The notes: generated by a model from the sequence alone, not told the origin. 64,000 nucleotides of DNA from an uncultured Verrucomicrobiae bacterium (GCA_963702845.1 OY969763.1:4224001-4288000), one strand, 5' to 3'. Positions 56,682 to 64,000 are shown, counted from the stretch's first letter. Program-made: numbers and translations.

Positions 56682-56751
56682 AAAATTTTCCTTTCTATTG
56701 GGGGAGCGCCACCCCGACACCATTTGGTGTGCGGGGTCGGCGCCCGGTTTG

Positions 56752-57762
56752 TTAATTGTTGTGAGTCACCGCGACGATGCGGACGTTTTTGTTTTCCCAA
56801 ACGCGGGTCCAGTTCGCGCCGGTTTCCAATTCGGCATTCGTGGGCGAATCGCCAGCAACAGAAGCGCTGGTAAACTTCACGCCACGCGGATGCAGAAGAT
56901 ACCGACGCCGATTGATCAGAATCGTATCGCTATCCAACGGAGCACGCGCAATCTCGACGCCTTCAGTGCCGATACCGCCTTGCAGCGGCGTCGAATCCAG
57001 TTTCGACGAGCCTTTCGCAAACGCGCCCTGGCCAAACAAGTAGGTCGTGTAGACCGTGCCATCAGTCGTGCCAGCCCGAGTGGGCAAGTTGTCATCGACA
57101 ACAACACGCCGACCTTGGAACACGCGCAAGAGCGGCTTGCCCTCGCTGTCCGGGATGAAGTCGATCAAGTCGAGCTTGCGCAACGCAGCTTCAGTTGCCG
57201 AGTGCATCGCAACGGCAGTGAGTCGATCAGCACGATCGCCCAACTTCGCGCAAGCATCCACGAACGTCGCACCAGTCAACTTCGTCGACGAAGCAGCGCC
57301 AGCCGCCGACTCCGAATGAATCGCGAGCAAATTGCCCGCCATCGAACCTGCCGCGAACATGCCCTTGAGACACGACACGACGAGGCCTTCATCCGTGCGC
57401 GCCCAATACTGCCCGACCAGGTCCACGATCGCCTGCATCACATCATCGCCCGAAATCACCTTTGCCAGGTGATTCACAGACCAAACCTGCGCATCGTTAT
57501 GAATGCGCGCGACATCTTGATCAGTGCCGATTTTATTAACCGTGAGCGGTGCCGAATCATTCAGCAACTGCCGCGTTGCCGTCAGGTCTTTCCAAAACGG
57601 CATCTTAACTTCGCGCCCACCTTCGGCCGCGATTGCATCGAACTCAGGCGATGCCTCGACAATACCGCACTCACCGAACGCCGCTAATTCAGCCGTGCGC
57701 TCGATTGCATATTTTTCAAACTCTGTGGGGATGATAATGTCCGCCACTGCTGTTTTTGCCAT
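56752..57762 (-). CDS. Major capsid protein
   Basis: KT.VADIIIP.EF..Y, GG..V.MPFWKDL, AMHSA, F.GRRVVVDD.LP, LLHPRGVKF, PTNAEL....NW.RV. Confidence 0.85.
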   Translation of the reverse strand: MAKTAVADIIIPTEFEKYAIERTAELAAFGECGIVEASPEFDAIAAEGGREVKMPFWKDLTATRQLLNDSAPLTVNKIGTDQDVARIHNDAQVWSVNHLAKVISGDDVMQAIVDLVGQYWARTDEGLVVSCLKGMFAAGSMAGNLLAIHSESAAGAASSTKLTGATFVDACAKLGDRADRLTAVAMHSATEAALRKLDLIDFIPDSEGKPLLRVFQGRRVVVDDNLPTRAGTTDGTVYTTYLFGQGAFAKGSSKLDSTPLQGGIGTEGVEIARAPLDSDTILINRRRYLLHPRGVKFTSASVAGDSPTNAELETGANWTRVWENKNVRIVAVTHNN

Positions 57763-57837
57763 AAACGTTTTTTCTCCGGTTTATCCTTCATTACGAAGGG
57801 GGTTAAGATCCGTGCGCGAAGCGCCTTGGCCGGCACG

Positions 57838-58650
57838 CTAGTGCCCCGACGCCTGTAAGCGCGCGGCGAGTTGCGGATCAGTTTTTTGCAGTCTCATTTG
57901 CTCCGTCAAATTCCAGCTTTCCTTGCGGAAGGGATTTTTGACGGACCGACCTTGTCGTGAGCCAGCGCCTCCACCGGAAGCGTCGCCAGCGGCACCGCCA
58001 CCAGCATTGGATTCGAACAAGTGAGGAGCGTCGGAAACTTGCGAATCCACCCACTCCTCTAAAGTCATCGGCGTCACGCCATCCTTGCCGTAACGCACAG
58101 TCTGGCCATCAGCCTCGAATGCGCGCGGCGCACCGTTCACCAACTTGAAAACATTTCGCGCGCGTGCGGTGATGTCCGTAAGCGCAGTTGCACGCAGCCC
58201 TCTCTTTGTCGCAGCGCCAACCACACCTTGATCAATCTGAATCGCAGTGAGCCGAGCATTAAGGGAATCACGCTCCGAAGTGAGAGTGGTGAGTTGCTTG
58301 TCCCAATCCGCTTTCAAACCCTTCACACGATTTTCAACAACCTTCTCCAACTCACCCGCCTTGAGTTGCTGCGCTTCTTCGAGTTGGCGTTTTTCGTCAG
58401 CGAGCTTCCGGAACTCATCCGGATCAATCCCGTCGAATCGGGTCTTTTGCTCTTCGATCTGTTTCAGCAACGCCAAATTGCTCTGGCGAAACTCATCCAG
58501 CCGGGCTTTGAGGGCATCGTGGCCGTGTGCTAACACTTTGTCGGCATCGCCGTCGGCTTCCAAAACCCAAGCGCCGTCGCGCTCGACATAATGCGCAGCC
58601 AACTCAGCCGGAATTTCGCTCTTCGAATTAAACTTAAACTTCAGTGCCAT
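57838..58650 (-). CDS. Phage capsid scaffolding protein
   Basis: Coiled-coil, APHLF..NAGGGA.G, KNPFRKESWNLTEQ; between portal and capsid. Confidence 0.75.
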   Translation of the reverse strand: MALKFKFNSKSEIPAELAAHYVERDGAWVLEADGDADKVLAHGHDALKARLDEFRQSNLALLKQIEEQKTRFDGIDPDEFRKLADEKRQLEEAQQLKAGELEKVVENRVKGLKADWDKQLTTLTSERDSLNARLTAIQIDQGVVGAATKRGLRATALTDITARARNVFKLVNGAPRAFEADGQTVRYGKDGVTPMTLEEWVDSQVSDAPHLFESNAGGGAAGDASGGGAGSRQGRSVKNPFRKESWNLTEQMRLQKTDPQLAARLQASGH

Positions 58651-58662
58651 AATCGTTCGTAG

Positions 58663-60360
58663 TTATGCCGCAATCGGTTGGTTCGTCGGCACAGCAGCAG
58701 CGGCAGATGCCGGAGCCGACGTTTGTCTTGGTTTTTGCCCCGGGTCGCTGGGACCGGAATCGGAAGTGCGACTCGCACCGCTGGGACCGGATTGGGAACC
58801 GCGACTCGAGGTGATGAGCGCCACCTCGTCTTCATTCGAGCGCCCATCCGGCAAAATTTCTCCACGCCGGAAAAGCTCCAGCATCGTGTCCTGGCTGATT
58901 GCACCCGCTTGCCATGCAGCGACGATCTCGCGCAGCTCATTACTATCCATCCCGGCCGTCGTGAAATCCGTGTTCAGCGACATCACAACAACGTTGTCAG
59001 TCAGCGCTTCGGGAGTTTCTTCGGTGGAATTCCACCAGTAAACCCAGCGCAAAACCTGCGTCAGCGACTCGCTCAAACTCGTCGCCACATTCGCCAGCAC
59101 GCTGTTCTCACCGCTCTGCCGCAGCTCGATCGCTTGCGCCGTTTCACCCACGCGCTTCTGCGACTCCAACAATCGCGAACCAAGCACAGCCAAAAGCTTT
59201 TCATCACGATCCATCGCGCGCTCGAAAGTGGTGAGCCCTTGGCCCGTAAATTCCAGGAAGCCAGCAGTTGCCCCCGGCGCTTCCGAATGCCAGGCAGTGC
59301 TTGAACCGATGCGCAGCGGCTCACTTTTATCGAAACCACTCACCCACGCCGTCGGCAATGCGGTAAAATGCATGCCGTGCTTGTAATCGGCATTGAGCCG
59401 GTAGTGATCCAGATTCACTGCGATCAAATCAGTCAGCGGCAACTTATCGACAGCCGGCAAAGAATTGCGCGGTCCATGAAAAACAAACGGGATCAGCGGC
59501 AGCGGTTTACCAAGGCGTAGAGGCGTGCGCGTTTCAACCAAGGTCCATTCAGCCTTGCTGCCTTTTTTCGACGCAGAGCCTTGGCCGCGTGCTAACGCCT
59601 GCCAGATTTCAACTTGATACGCGAACGAAGCCTTCCGTGAATTCGGGTCGCGGGTCGTGGAACGACCAAGCTCTTGTGTTGTTCCAATCTCAGGACCGGA
59701 ATCGGAGGTGCGACTCGCACTCGCACTGCGGACCAACTTGAGCACACGAATCTGCTCCACAACCTCAGGAGCAAATTCATCTACGCCAACGCCGCCGGCT
59801 GCAATGTGGCCGTGTGCTAACACTTCCGACAACACGATCAACGTTGGCAAGTTGCGACCATTTACACGTTCCACTCGCCAATTGATGATTTGCTCAGCCT
59901 GATACAGCGAGACATAGGCGCGGTTTTCAAAATCCCCTTCCCAATCAACCAACGTCCCGGCTCGGCCTACGCCGATAACCTCAGTGACCAAATCCTTTGC
60001 GTAGCCAGTCAGCGACGTGCCCAGCATATCGCAGTCGTTAACGAACTGCCCGAGCGCGGAAGCGAGCGCAGATGGAGCCCCTCCGGATGGTGCCCGTCCG
60101 GAAGGACCTTCAGGAATTTTGACAAAAGGCGCGCGACGAAATATTAACCCGCTGTAGCCATCGAGCGTTCGGCCCGTCGCATTGAAGAACGAAGCGCGAT
60201 CGCGATAAGCTTTGAATTCGTCATCCGATTGCGAATCCAACTTTGGCAAATAACGCTCGCCCGCAGCTTTGACGGCATCCTCACCAGCCAAAATATCGCG
60301 CGCACGAATCCATGCGGATACGCTTGCGTCATATTCGATGTGTGTAGAGTTAACCGGCAC
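58663..60360 (-). CDS. Phage portal protein (DUF4055-like)
   Basis: GE.AVK..GE.YLP, Y..RA.FFNAT.RT, Y.AEQIINW, IPFVF.G, LPL..L..VNL.HY...ADY..G.HFTALPT, W..GAISQ.T; GTG start inferred. Confidence 0.85.
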   Translation of the reverse strand: MPVNSTHIEYDASVSAWIRARDILAGEDAVKAAGERYLPKLDSQSDDEFKAYRDRASFFNATGRTLDGYSGLIFRRAPFVKIPEGPSGRAPSGGAPSALASALGQFVNDCDMLGTSLTGYAKDLVTEVIGVGRAGTLVDWEGDFENRAYVSLYQAEQIINWRVERVNGRNLPTLIVLSEVLAHGHIAAGGVGVDEFAPEVVEQIRVLKLVRSASASRTSDSGPEIGTTQELGRSTTRDPNSRKASFAYQVEIWQALARGQGSASKKGSKAEWTLVETRTPLRLGKPLPLIPFVFHGPRNSLPAVDKLPLTDLIAVNLDHYRLNADYKHGMHFTALPTAWVSGFDKSEPLRIGSSTAWHSEAPGATAGFLEFTGQGLTTFERAMDRDEKLLAVLGSRLLESQKRVGETAQAIELRQSGENSVLANVATSLSESLTQVLRWVYWWNSTEETPEALTDNVVVMSLNTDFTTAGMDSNELREIVAAWQAGAISQDTMLELFRRGEILPDGRSNEDEVALITSSRGSQSGPSGASRTSDSGPSDPGQKPRQTSAPASAAAAVPTNQPIAA

Positions 60361-60498
60361 GTGCGCATTTGTAGCACACGTTTTTCCGAAAGCTTTTGAA
60401 GGCAACTAGACGACACGAACCAACGCGAATCTCCGTACACTCTTCGCGAACCAACGCGAAAATTTTTGGCGAAAAAAAGTTTTGACAGGGTTTCAGAC

Positions 60499-60620
60499 AA
60501 CCCCAAAGCGGGTTGAAGCATCCAGCCCAGGTGTTGAGGAGGGATGCGGGGCTCTACCCTGGGTAACCCGCCTCAACCGCAGATTCACTTTGCCGAAGGC
60601 GCGACGAAGGAGTTAAAAAC
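60499..60620. repeat. REP-like intergenic element (copy 2)
   Basis: AACCCCAAAGCGGGTT...AGCCCAGG...CTACCCTGGGTAA...GCGACGAAGGAGTTAAAA; similar to 19186-19298. Confidence 0.6.
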
Positions 60621-60649
60621 CCATCTTCAGCAAGAGCCGCAACCTGCGC

Positions 60650-60709
60650 TAAAACGCTTGTTCGCGGATTAAAAATATGCGCACTGTTGGCGCAGATTAA
60701 TTGTTCGGT
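60650..60709 (+). repeat. Repeat A copy 1 (putative recombination/att-promoter module)
   Basis: TAAAACGCTTGTTCGCGGATTAAAAATATGCGCACTGTTGGCGCAGATTAATTGTTCGGT. Confidence 0.85.
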
Positions 60710-60721
60710 GAAGGAGATCCT

Positions 60722-61051
60722 ATGAAGAAAATCTTGCTGTCTGTTTCGTTGATCGCCATGTGCATCTTGATGATCGCGGCCGAGTCTACGCAATCCACAG
60801 TCGACGAGAAGACCGCTCGGAAGCTGGCGGCTGAGCAGTATAATCAATTGTTCCTCGGTGCGTATTTGCTTCTAGGCTCGAACTATATTCAGTTTCCAAA
60901 GCTCGACCCAACATCCTTCGACACGGTTAAGGTCAAAGATGGATGCTGGCAGGTGGTTATGGATCCACCACAAGGCTGGTATGTCGATTCGAAGGTGTCG
61001 CTGGATGGTAAGTGGGTACAAATCACCCGTGCTGGTTTCTCTCCGGATTGA
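60722..61051 (+). CDS. Cassette-like gene 1: secreted hypothetical protein
   Basis: AAGGAG RBS, signal peptide. Confidence 0.7.
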   Translation: MKKILLSVSLIAMCILMIAAESTQSTVDEKTARKLAAEQYNQLFLGAYLLLGSNYIQFPKLDPTSFDTVKVKDGCWQVVMDPPQGWYVDSKVSLDGKWVQITRAGFSPD

Positions 61052-61166
61052 GACGACAAATTTCACGCGGGGACTGCGGCGGCAACGAAGGCGTTCTCGG
61101 TGGATGCGGGTTTCGGCACCACCACCGTCTTCATGACCTCCATCGCGCCAAACCTGCGCGCCACCT

Positions 61167-61221
61167 TTAAAACATTGTTCGCGGATTAAAAATATGCGAA
61201 CTGTTGGCGGATGTTAACTGG
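61167..61221 (+). repeat. Repeat A copy 2
   Basis: TTAAAACATTGTTCGCGGATTAAAAATATGCGAACTGTTGGCGGATGTTAACTGG. Confidence 0.85.
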
Positions 61222-61236
61222 TAGACCTGCGCTAGC

Positions 61237-61782
61237 ATGAAGAAAGCGATTCCATTCGTTGCCTTGATCGTTGCTGGCATCTGCATGGTGGTAGCCGTTT
61301 ACTTTTGCCACTTCTATTACACCCGCGAATTGGAGAGCCGCCTCAATTACTTCGACCACCGGCTTGCCACTCTCGAAGCTCACAAGTCTCGACAGCTTAC
61401 CCCAGTCCGCGTTTGGGCAGTGATTTCCACCAGTGACAAGCCAGCCGACGAGGGTCTTCGGTTTTATCTTTCTTCGGAGAAGCACCGGGACGATTTCTTC
61501 GAGGCCATTGGCGCGAAAGGCGGCCCTCTGGTTCGACCAGAGCTTCGCTTGCCCGCTGGCTCGATCACCAACTGTACGTATGATATTCAGGTTGGGAGCC
61601 AGTTTGGTATTGTGGCTGATGCCTGGCTGTCGCACGCCGCGCCATATCAGGATTTGGCCGCATTCGACGAGTTTCGCGTCTACTCTCCGAATAGGACGAA
61701 CATCGTGAGACTAATTGCACGACCCAAACCCGGTGCTTCCGTCCAGATGCGGTTTAATATTGTGCTGTTGTGTGAGCAGTAA
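61237..61782 (+). CDS. Cassette-like gene 2: membrane-anchored hypothetical protein
   Basis: 181-aa ORF with N-terminal TM, starts just after repeat A. Confidence 0.65.
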   Translation: MKKAIPFVALIVAGICMVVAVYFCHFYYTRELESRLNYFDHRLATLEAHKSRQLTPVRVWAVISTSDKPADEGLRFYLSSEKHRDDFFEAIGAKGGPLVRPELRLPAGSITNCTYDIQVGSQFGIVADAWLSHAAPYQDLAAFDEFRVYSPNRTNIVRLIARPKPGASVQMRFNIVLLCEQ

Positions 61783-61794
61783 TTTGACGACGGA

Positions 61795-61952
61795 TCAGCT
61801 CGTCCATTTCCAATCGCGGATCTCCGGCATGTCGTCGCCGTGCTCGCGGATGTAATGTTTGTGTTCCATGAGTTTGTTTTGGATGGCCTGTTTGGCGTAG
61901 GCGGCCCGCGCGCCCAGTTGCGGCAGGCGGTCGATCACGTCGGCGAAGAGAT
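61795..61952 (-). pseudogene. xfp: 3' fragment of phosphoketolase (Xfp C-terminus)
   Basis: HLFADVIDRLPQLGARAAYAKQAIQNKLMEHKHYIREHGDDMPEIRDWKW matches the XFP C-terminal pattern. Confidence 0.8.
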
Positions 61953-62070
61953 GCGTTTTGTTGCGCTTGATTCGCAGCGGCAGCAGAACAATAGTCTGCT
62001 CAACCAATATGAACCAACCGTTCGTATATCAAAATGACCGCGATACCCCGTCGCATAATCATTGTTAGGC
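61953..62070 (+). repeat. Repeat B copy 1 (118 bp, ends in GTTAGGC)
   Basis: Near-identical to 63247-63364. Confidence 0.9.
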
Positions 62071-62082
62071 GGATTTCAAGTT

Positions 62083-62382
62083 ATGCGCTTTATCGGATAC
62101 GTTTTGCTGTTAGTTGGTTTTTTGTGGCTGGTTGTTTGGTGCGCTGGCTCGGTTGTGCCGTTGATTCGGAATATCGGGATTGGACATTTCAAGCAGTATT
62201 CTCCCACAAAGACATATTCTGGCAGTGAAGTTTGCGATGGGATTCGTAGTGCGCTCATTGAGTATCAGGACAATGCGCACGGAGTTGTTTTGCCAGCCAC
62301 GCTAATGCTGGGTGGCGGAGTTTTGCTGGATTTAGCTGGCCGCCGGAAAATCAAACAAGGAGATGAGAAGCGATCCGCCTAA
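62083..62382 (+). CDS. Cassette-like gene 3: 2-TM hypothetical protein
   Basis: Flanked by complementary GTTAGGCGGAT / ATCCGCCTAAC; stop codon lies within GCCTAAC. Confidence 0.7.
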   Translation: MRFIGYVLLLVGFLWLVVWCAGSVVPLIRNIGIGHFKQYSPTKTYSGSEVCDGIRSALIEYQDNAHGVVLPATLMLGGGVLLDLAGRRKIKQGDEKRSA

Positions 62383-62402
62383 CCATGCGCGGCGCGCCAC
62401 CT

Positions 62403-62457
62403 TTAAAACCCTTGTTCGCGTCTTAAAAATATGCGAACTGTGGTCGTGTATTAATTG
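62403..62457 (+). repeat. Repeat A copy 3
   Basis: TTAAAACCCTTGTTCGCGTCTTAAAAATATGCGAACTGTGGTCGTGTATTAATTG. Confidence 0.85.
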
Positions 62458-62477
62458 TAGGTTGTTGCCGCCCTTTT

Positions 62478-62762
62478 ATGCCAAAGCCAGATCACATTTT
62501 GAGTTTCGCGACGGACACGGACGGCGATCAGTTGTTCATTCACGCCGACGCTAAGGGCTTGGACCATTTGATTCGTTCGCTTACGCATATCCGGAAGAAG
62601 CTCGACGAAAATTATTGTGACCACGACCACCTAATGACTGACGCTTGGGGAGGCAGGGAGCTTTCAGAGCGGAGCATGCCAGACGGCATTCATTTGATTC
62701 ATCACGTCAAGATTTATGGCTGGACTGCAGAGTGGGTCCAGAAACATGGGTTATCGTCCTAA
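62478..62762 (+). CDS. Cassette-like gene 4: Imm32-like immunity protein
   Basis: IHAD.KGL..L...L, DHDHLMT.AWGG.ELS, LIHHVKIYGW. Confidence 0.65.
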   Translation: MPKPDHILSFATDTDGDQLFIHADAKGLDHLIRSLTHIRKKLDENYCDHDHLMTDAWGGRELSERSMPDGIHLIHHVKIYGWTAEWVQKHGLSS

Positions 62763-62798
62763 CGGATGACGCCCGCGCTGATGGCGTAACACGTCGTT

Positions 62799-62852
62799 TT
62801 AAACCCTTGTTCGCGGATTAAAAATATGCGAACTGTTGGCGCAGATATAATT
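62799..62852 (+). repeat. Repeat A copy 4
   Basis: TTAAACCCTTGTTCGCGGATTAAAAATATGCGAACTGTTGGCGCAGATATAATT. Confidence 0.85.
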
Positions 62853-62866
62853 ATCAAAACAGCAAA

Positions 62867-63181
62867 ATGAAGGTAGCTGAATACATATCCAGGACTGCCG
62901 GTTGGCTTCTGATTGCTGCAGTGCTTGCGATCGGCTTTGGCTTTATGTTTGGCGTGCCACAGTCGGGACTATATCGACGTGTCTTTGATTTCCTTTTTGT
63001 CGACTTGTCCTATGAACTCTTAAAGACTGGCGTCCCACAGTCAATTGTCTCAACTGCAGGACACATTCCGCACTTTACCGTTGTAGGGGTGCTTTTATTC
63101 TTTGTGCTGCCGGCAATTTGTTGTTTCGTTGTAGCCGGGCGACTCCACAGGCAACTTGGGCTAAACGATAAACGCCCGTAA
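62867..63181 (+). CDS. Cassette-like gene 5: 2-TM hypothetical protein
   Basis: ORF begins 15 bp after repeat A. Confidence 0.6.
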   Translation: MKVAEYISRTAGWLLIAAVLAIGFGFMFGVPQSGLYRRVFDFLFVDLSYELLKTGVPQSIVSTAGHIPHFTVVGVLLFFVLPAICCFVVAGRLHRQLGLNDKRP

Positions 63182-63189
63182 GAGCGGCG

Positions 63190-63243
63190 CTACGCGCTCC
63201 ATTTCCAATTGTGGATCTCCGGCATGTCGTCGCCGTGCTCGCG
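63190..63243 (-). pseudogene. xfp: Second, shorter phosphoketolase 3' fragment
   Basis: Minus strand reads REHGDDMPEIHNWKWSA*. Confidence 0.7.
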
Positions 63244-63246
63244 AGC

Positions 63247-63364
63247 GCGTTTTGTTGCGCTTGATTCGCAGCGGCCGCAGAACAATAGTCTCCTCAACCA
63301 ATATGAACCAACCGTTCGTATATCAAAATCACCGCGACACCCCGTCGCCTAATCATGGTTAGGC
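63247..63364 (+). repeat. Repeat B copy 2
   Basis: Near-identical to 61953-62070, ends GCCTAATCATGGTTAGGC. Confidence 0.9.
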
Positions 63365-63378
63365 CGCTGCGACATATC

Positions 63379-63954
63379 ATGCGAACATTCCGAAATTTGT
63401 TTATCCTCATGGGCCTTCTCTCATTTCTCTTCAGCGGTTGCATCAAGCGGCCAGAGGCACAGAGCCCAGCGAGTTCCAACAGATCGTCCGGGGAGGTGTC
63501 GTTCGAGAGGACAACGGGACTGCGTGACAAGGTCATTGCCAACTCAAAAGACCAAGCCAGCCTCCGCGAACTCGTGAGTCTGCTGGATGACAGCTCCGCC
63601 CTTAACAGGGCCAATGCGGCGGGATGCCTGCGTCAGCTTGGGCATAATAGAGTGACGCGAGATCAAGTTGCGCCGATCGCCGTTCCGGCGTTAGCTAGTC
63701 GAATCGACTCCGTAGGTCGCGAAGCACCGATTGCTCTGGGCGCTTATGGATCGCTTGCGGCGCCCGCGGTGCCTCAGTTGATACGAGCAGTCGAGCAGTA
63801 TCCAACGCAAGATACAGGGTGGTTTGCCGCAGAAGCGTTGGGTGACATCGGCCCCGCTGCGAAGGACGCAATTCCAGTACTCACGGCCGTTAAAGACAAG
63901 AAGTGGATCGGCGAATACGCGGCGAAGGCGTTGCGGAAAATCAACGGCATATAA
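63379..63954 (+). CDS. Cassette-like gene 6: HEAT-repeat lipoprotein
   Basis: Lipobox LFSGC; ALG..G..A..AVP.L repeats. Confidence 0.75.
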   Translation: MRTFRNLFILMGLLSFLFSGCIKRPEAQSPASSNRSSGEVSFERTTGLRDKVIANSKDQASLRELVSLLDDSSALNRANAAGCLRQLGHNRVTRDQVAPIAVPALASRIDSVGREAPIALGAYGSLAAPAVPQLIRAVEQYPTQDTGWFAAEALGDIGPAAKDAIPVLTAVKDKKWIGEYAAKALRKINGI

Positions 63955-64000
63955 CGTAACCAGAGTCCTACAGCGGACGGCGGGTTGACCTGAGTTTGCA

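Larger units (their letters stand above)
53399..64000. mobile_element. Probable prophage-like/genomic island (right end outside window)
   Basis: att-like tRNA remnant, phage head genes, cassette array; no housekeeping genes. Confidence 0.65.

Noticed and set aside
60658..60685. Repeat A as the chromosomal dif site or a LexA box
   Set aside because: Four copies, no XerD-type TTATGTTAAAT arm, odd spacer; TGTTC...GAAC spacing is far longer than the 4-bp spacer of LexA boxes
61795..62007. 70-aa minus-strand ORF as a real gene or integrase N-terminus
   Set aside because: It is a chimera of repeat B sequence and an Xfp C-terminal fragment; no recombinase motifs
60650..63364. Repeats A/B as a CRISPR array
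   Set aside because: Spacing is hundreds of bp and contains whole genes; no cas genes

Overview
A 64-kb window from a GC-rich bacterium. Gene style suggests Verrucomicrobiota (Pedosphaera-like); this is inferred from protein families, not a search. Scattered single-base frameshifts in housekeeping genes (recN, glnA, yebC, ppdK, fusA) look like long-read indel errors. 1-12 kb is a nitrogen cluster: two glnK-amtB operons with sigma54-like promoters. One ends in full glnA. The other ends in a 72-aa in-frame mini-glnA made only of the GlnA N- and C-termini. A cation antiporter and a KdpD/KdpE-like pair lie between the operons. 12-53 kb is core and accessory genes: lptE, bamD, rho, a phosphatase-RpiB-GlyA triple fusion, large Ig/propeller surface proteins, ppdK, rnd, vapBC, rpsL-rpsG-fusA and an octaheme-TPR protein. 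From a tRNA 3'-end remnant at 53.4 kb to the window end lies a probable integrated island. It carries a phage head module with no terminase or tail gene visible. It then has an array of six unrelated small genes, each preceded by one of two conserved repeats with attI/Xer-like features; some have integron-cassette-type ends and interleaved 3' fragments of host genes (phosphoketolase). The array, the mini-GlnA and the head-only module are the best candidates for undescribed biology.
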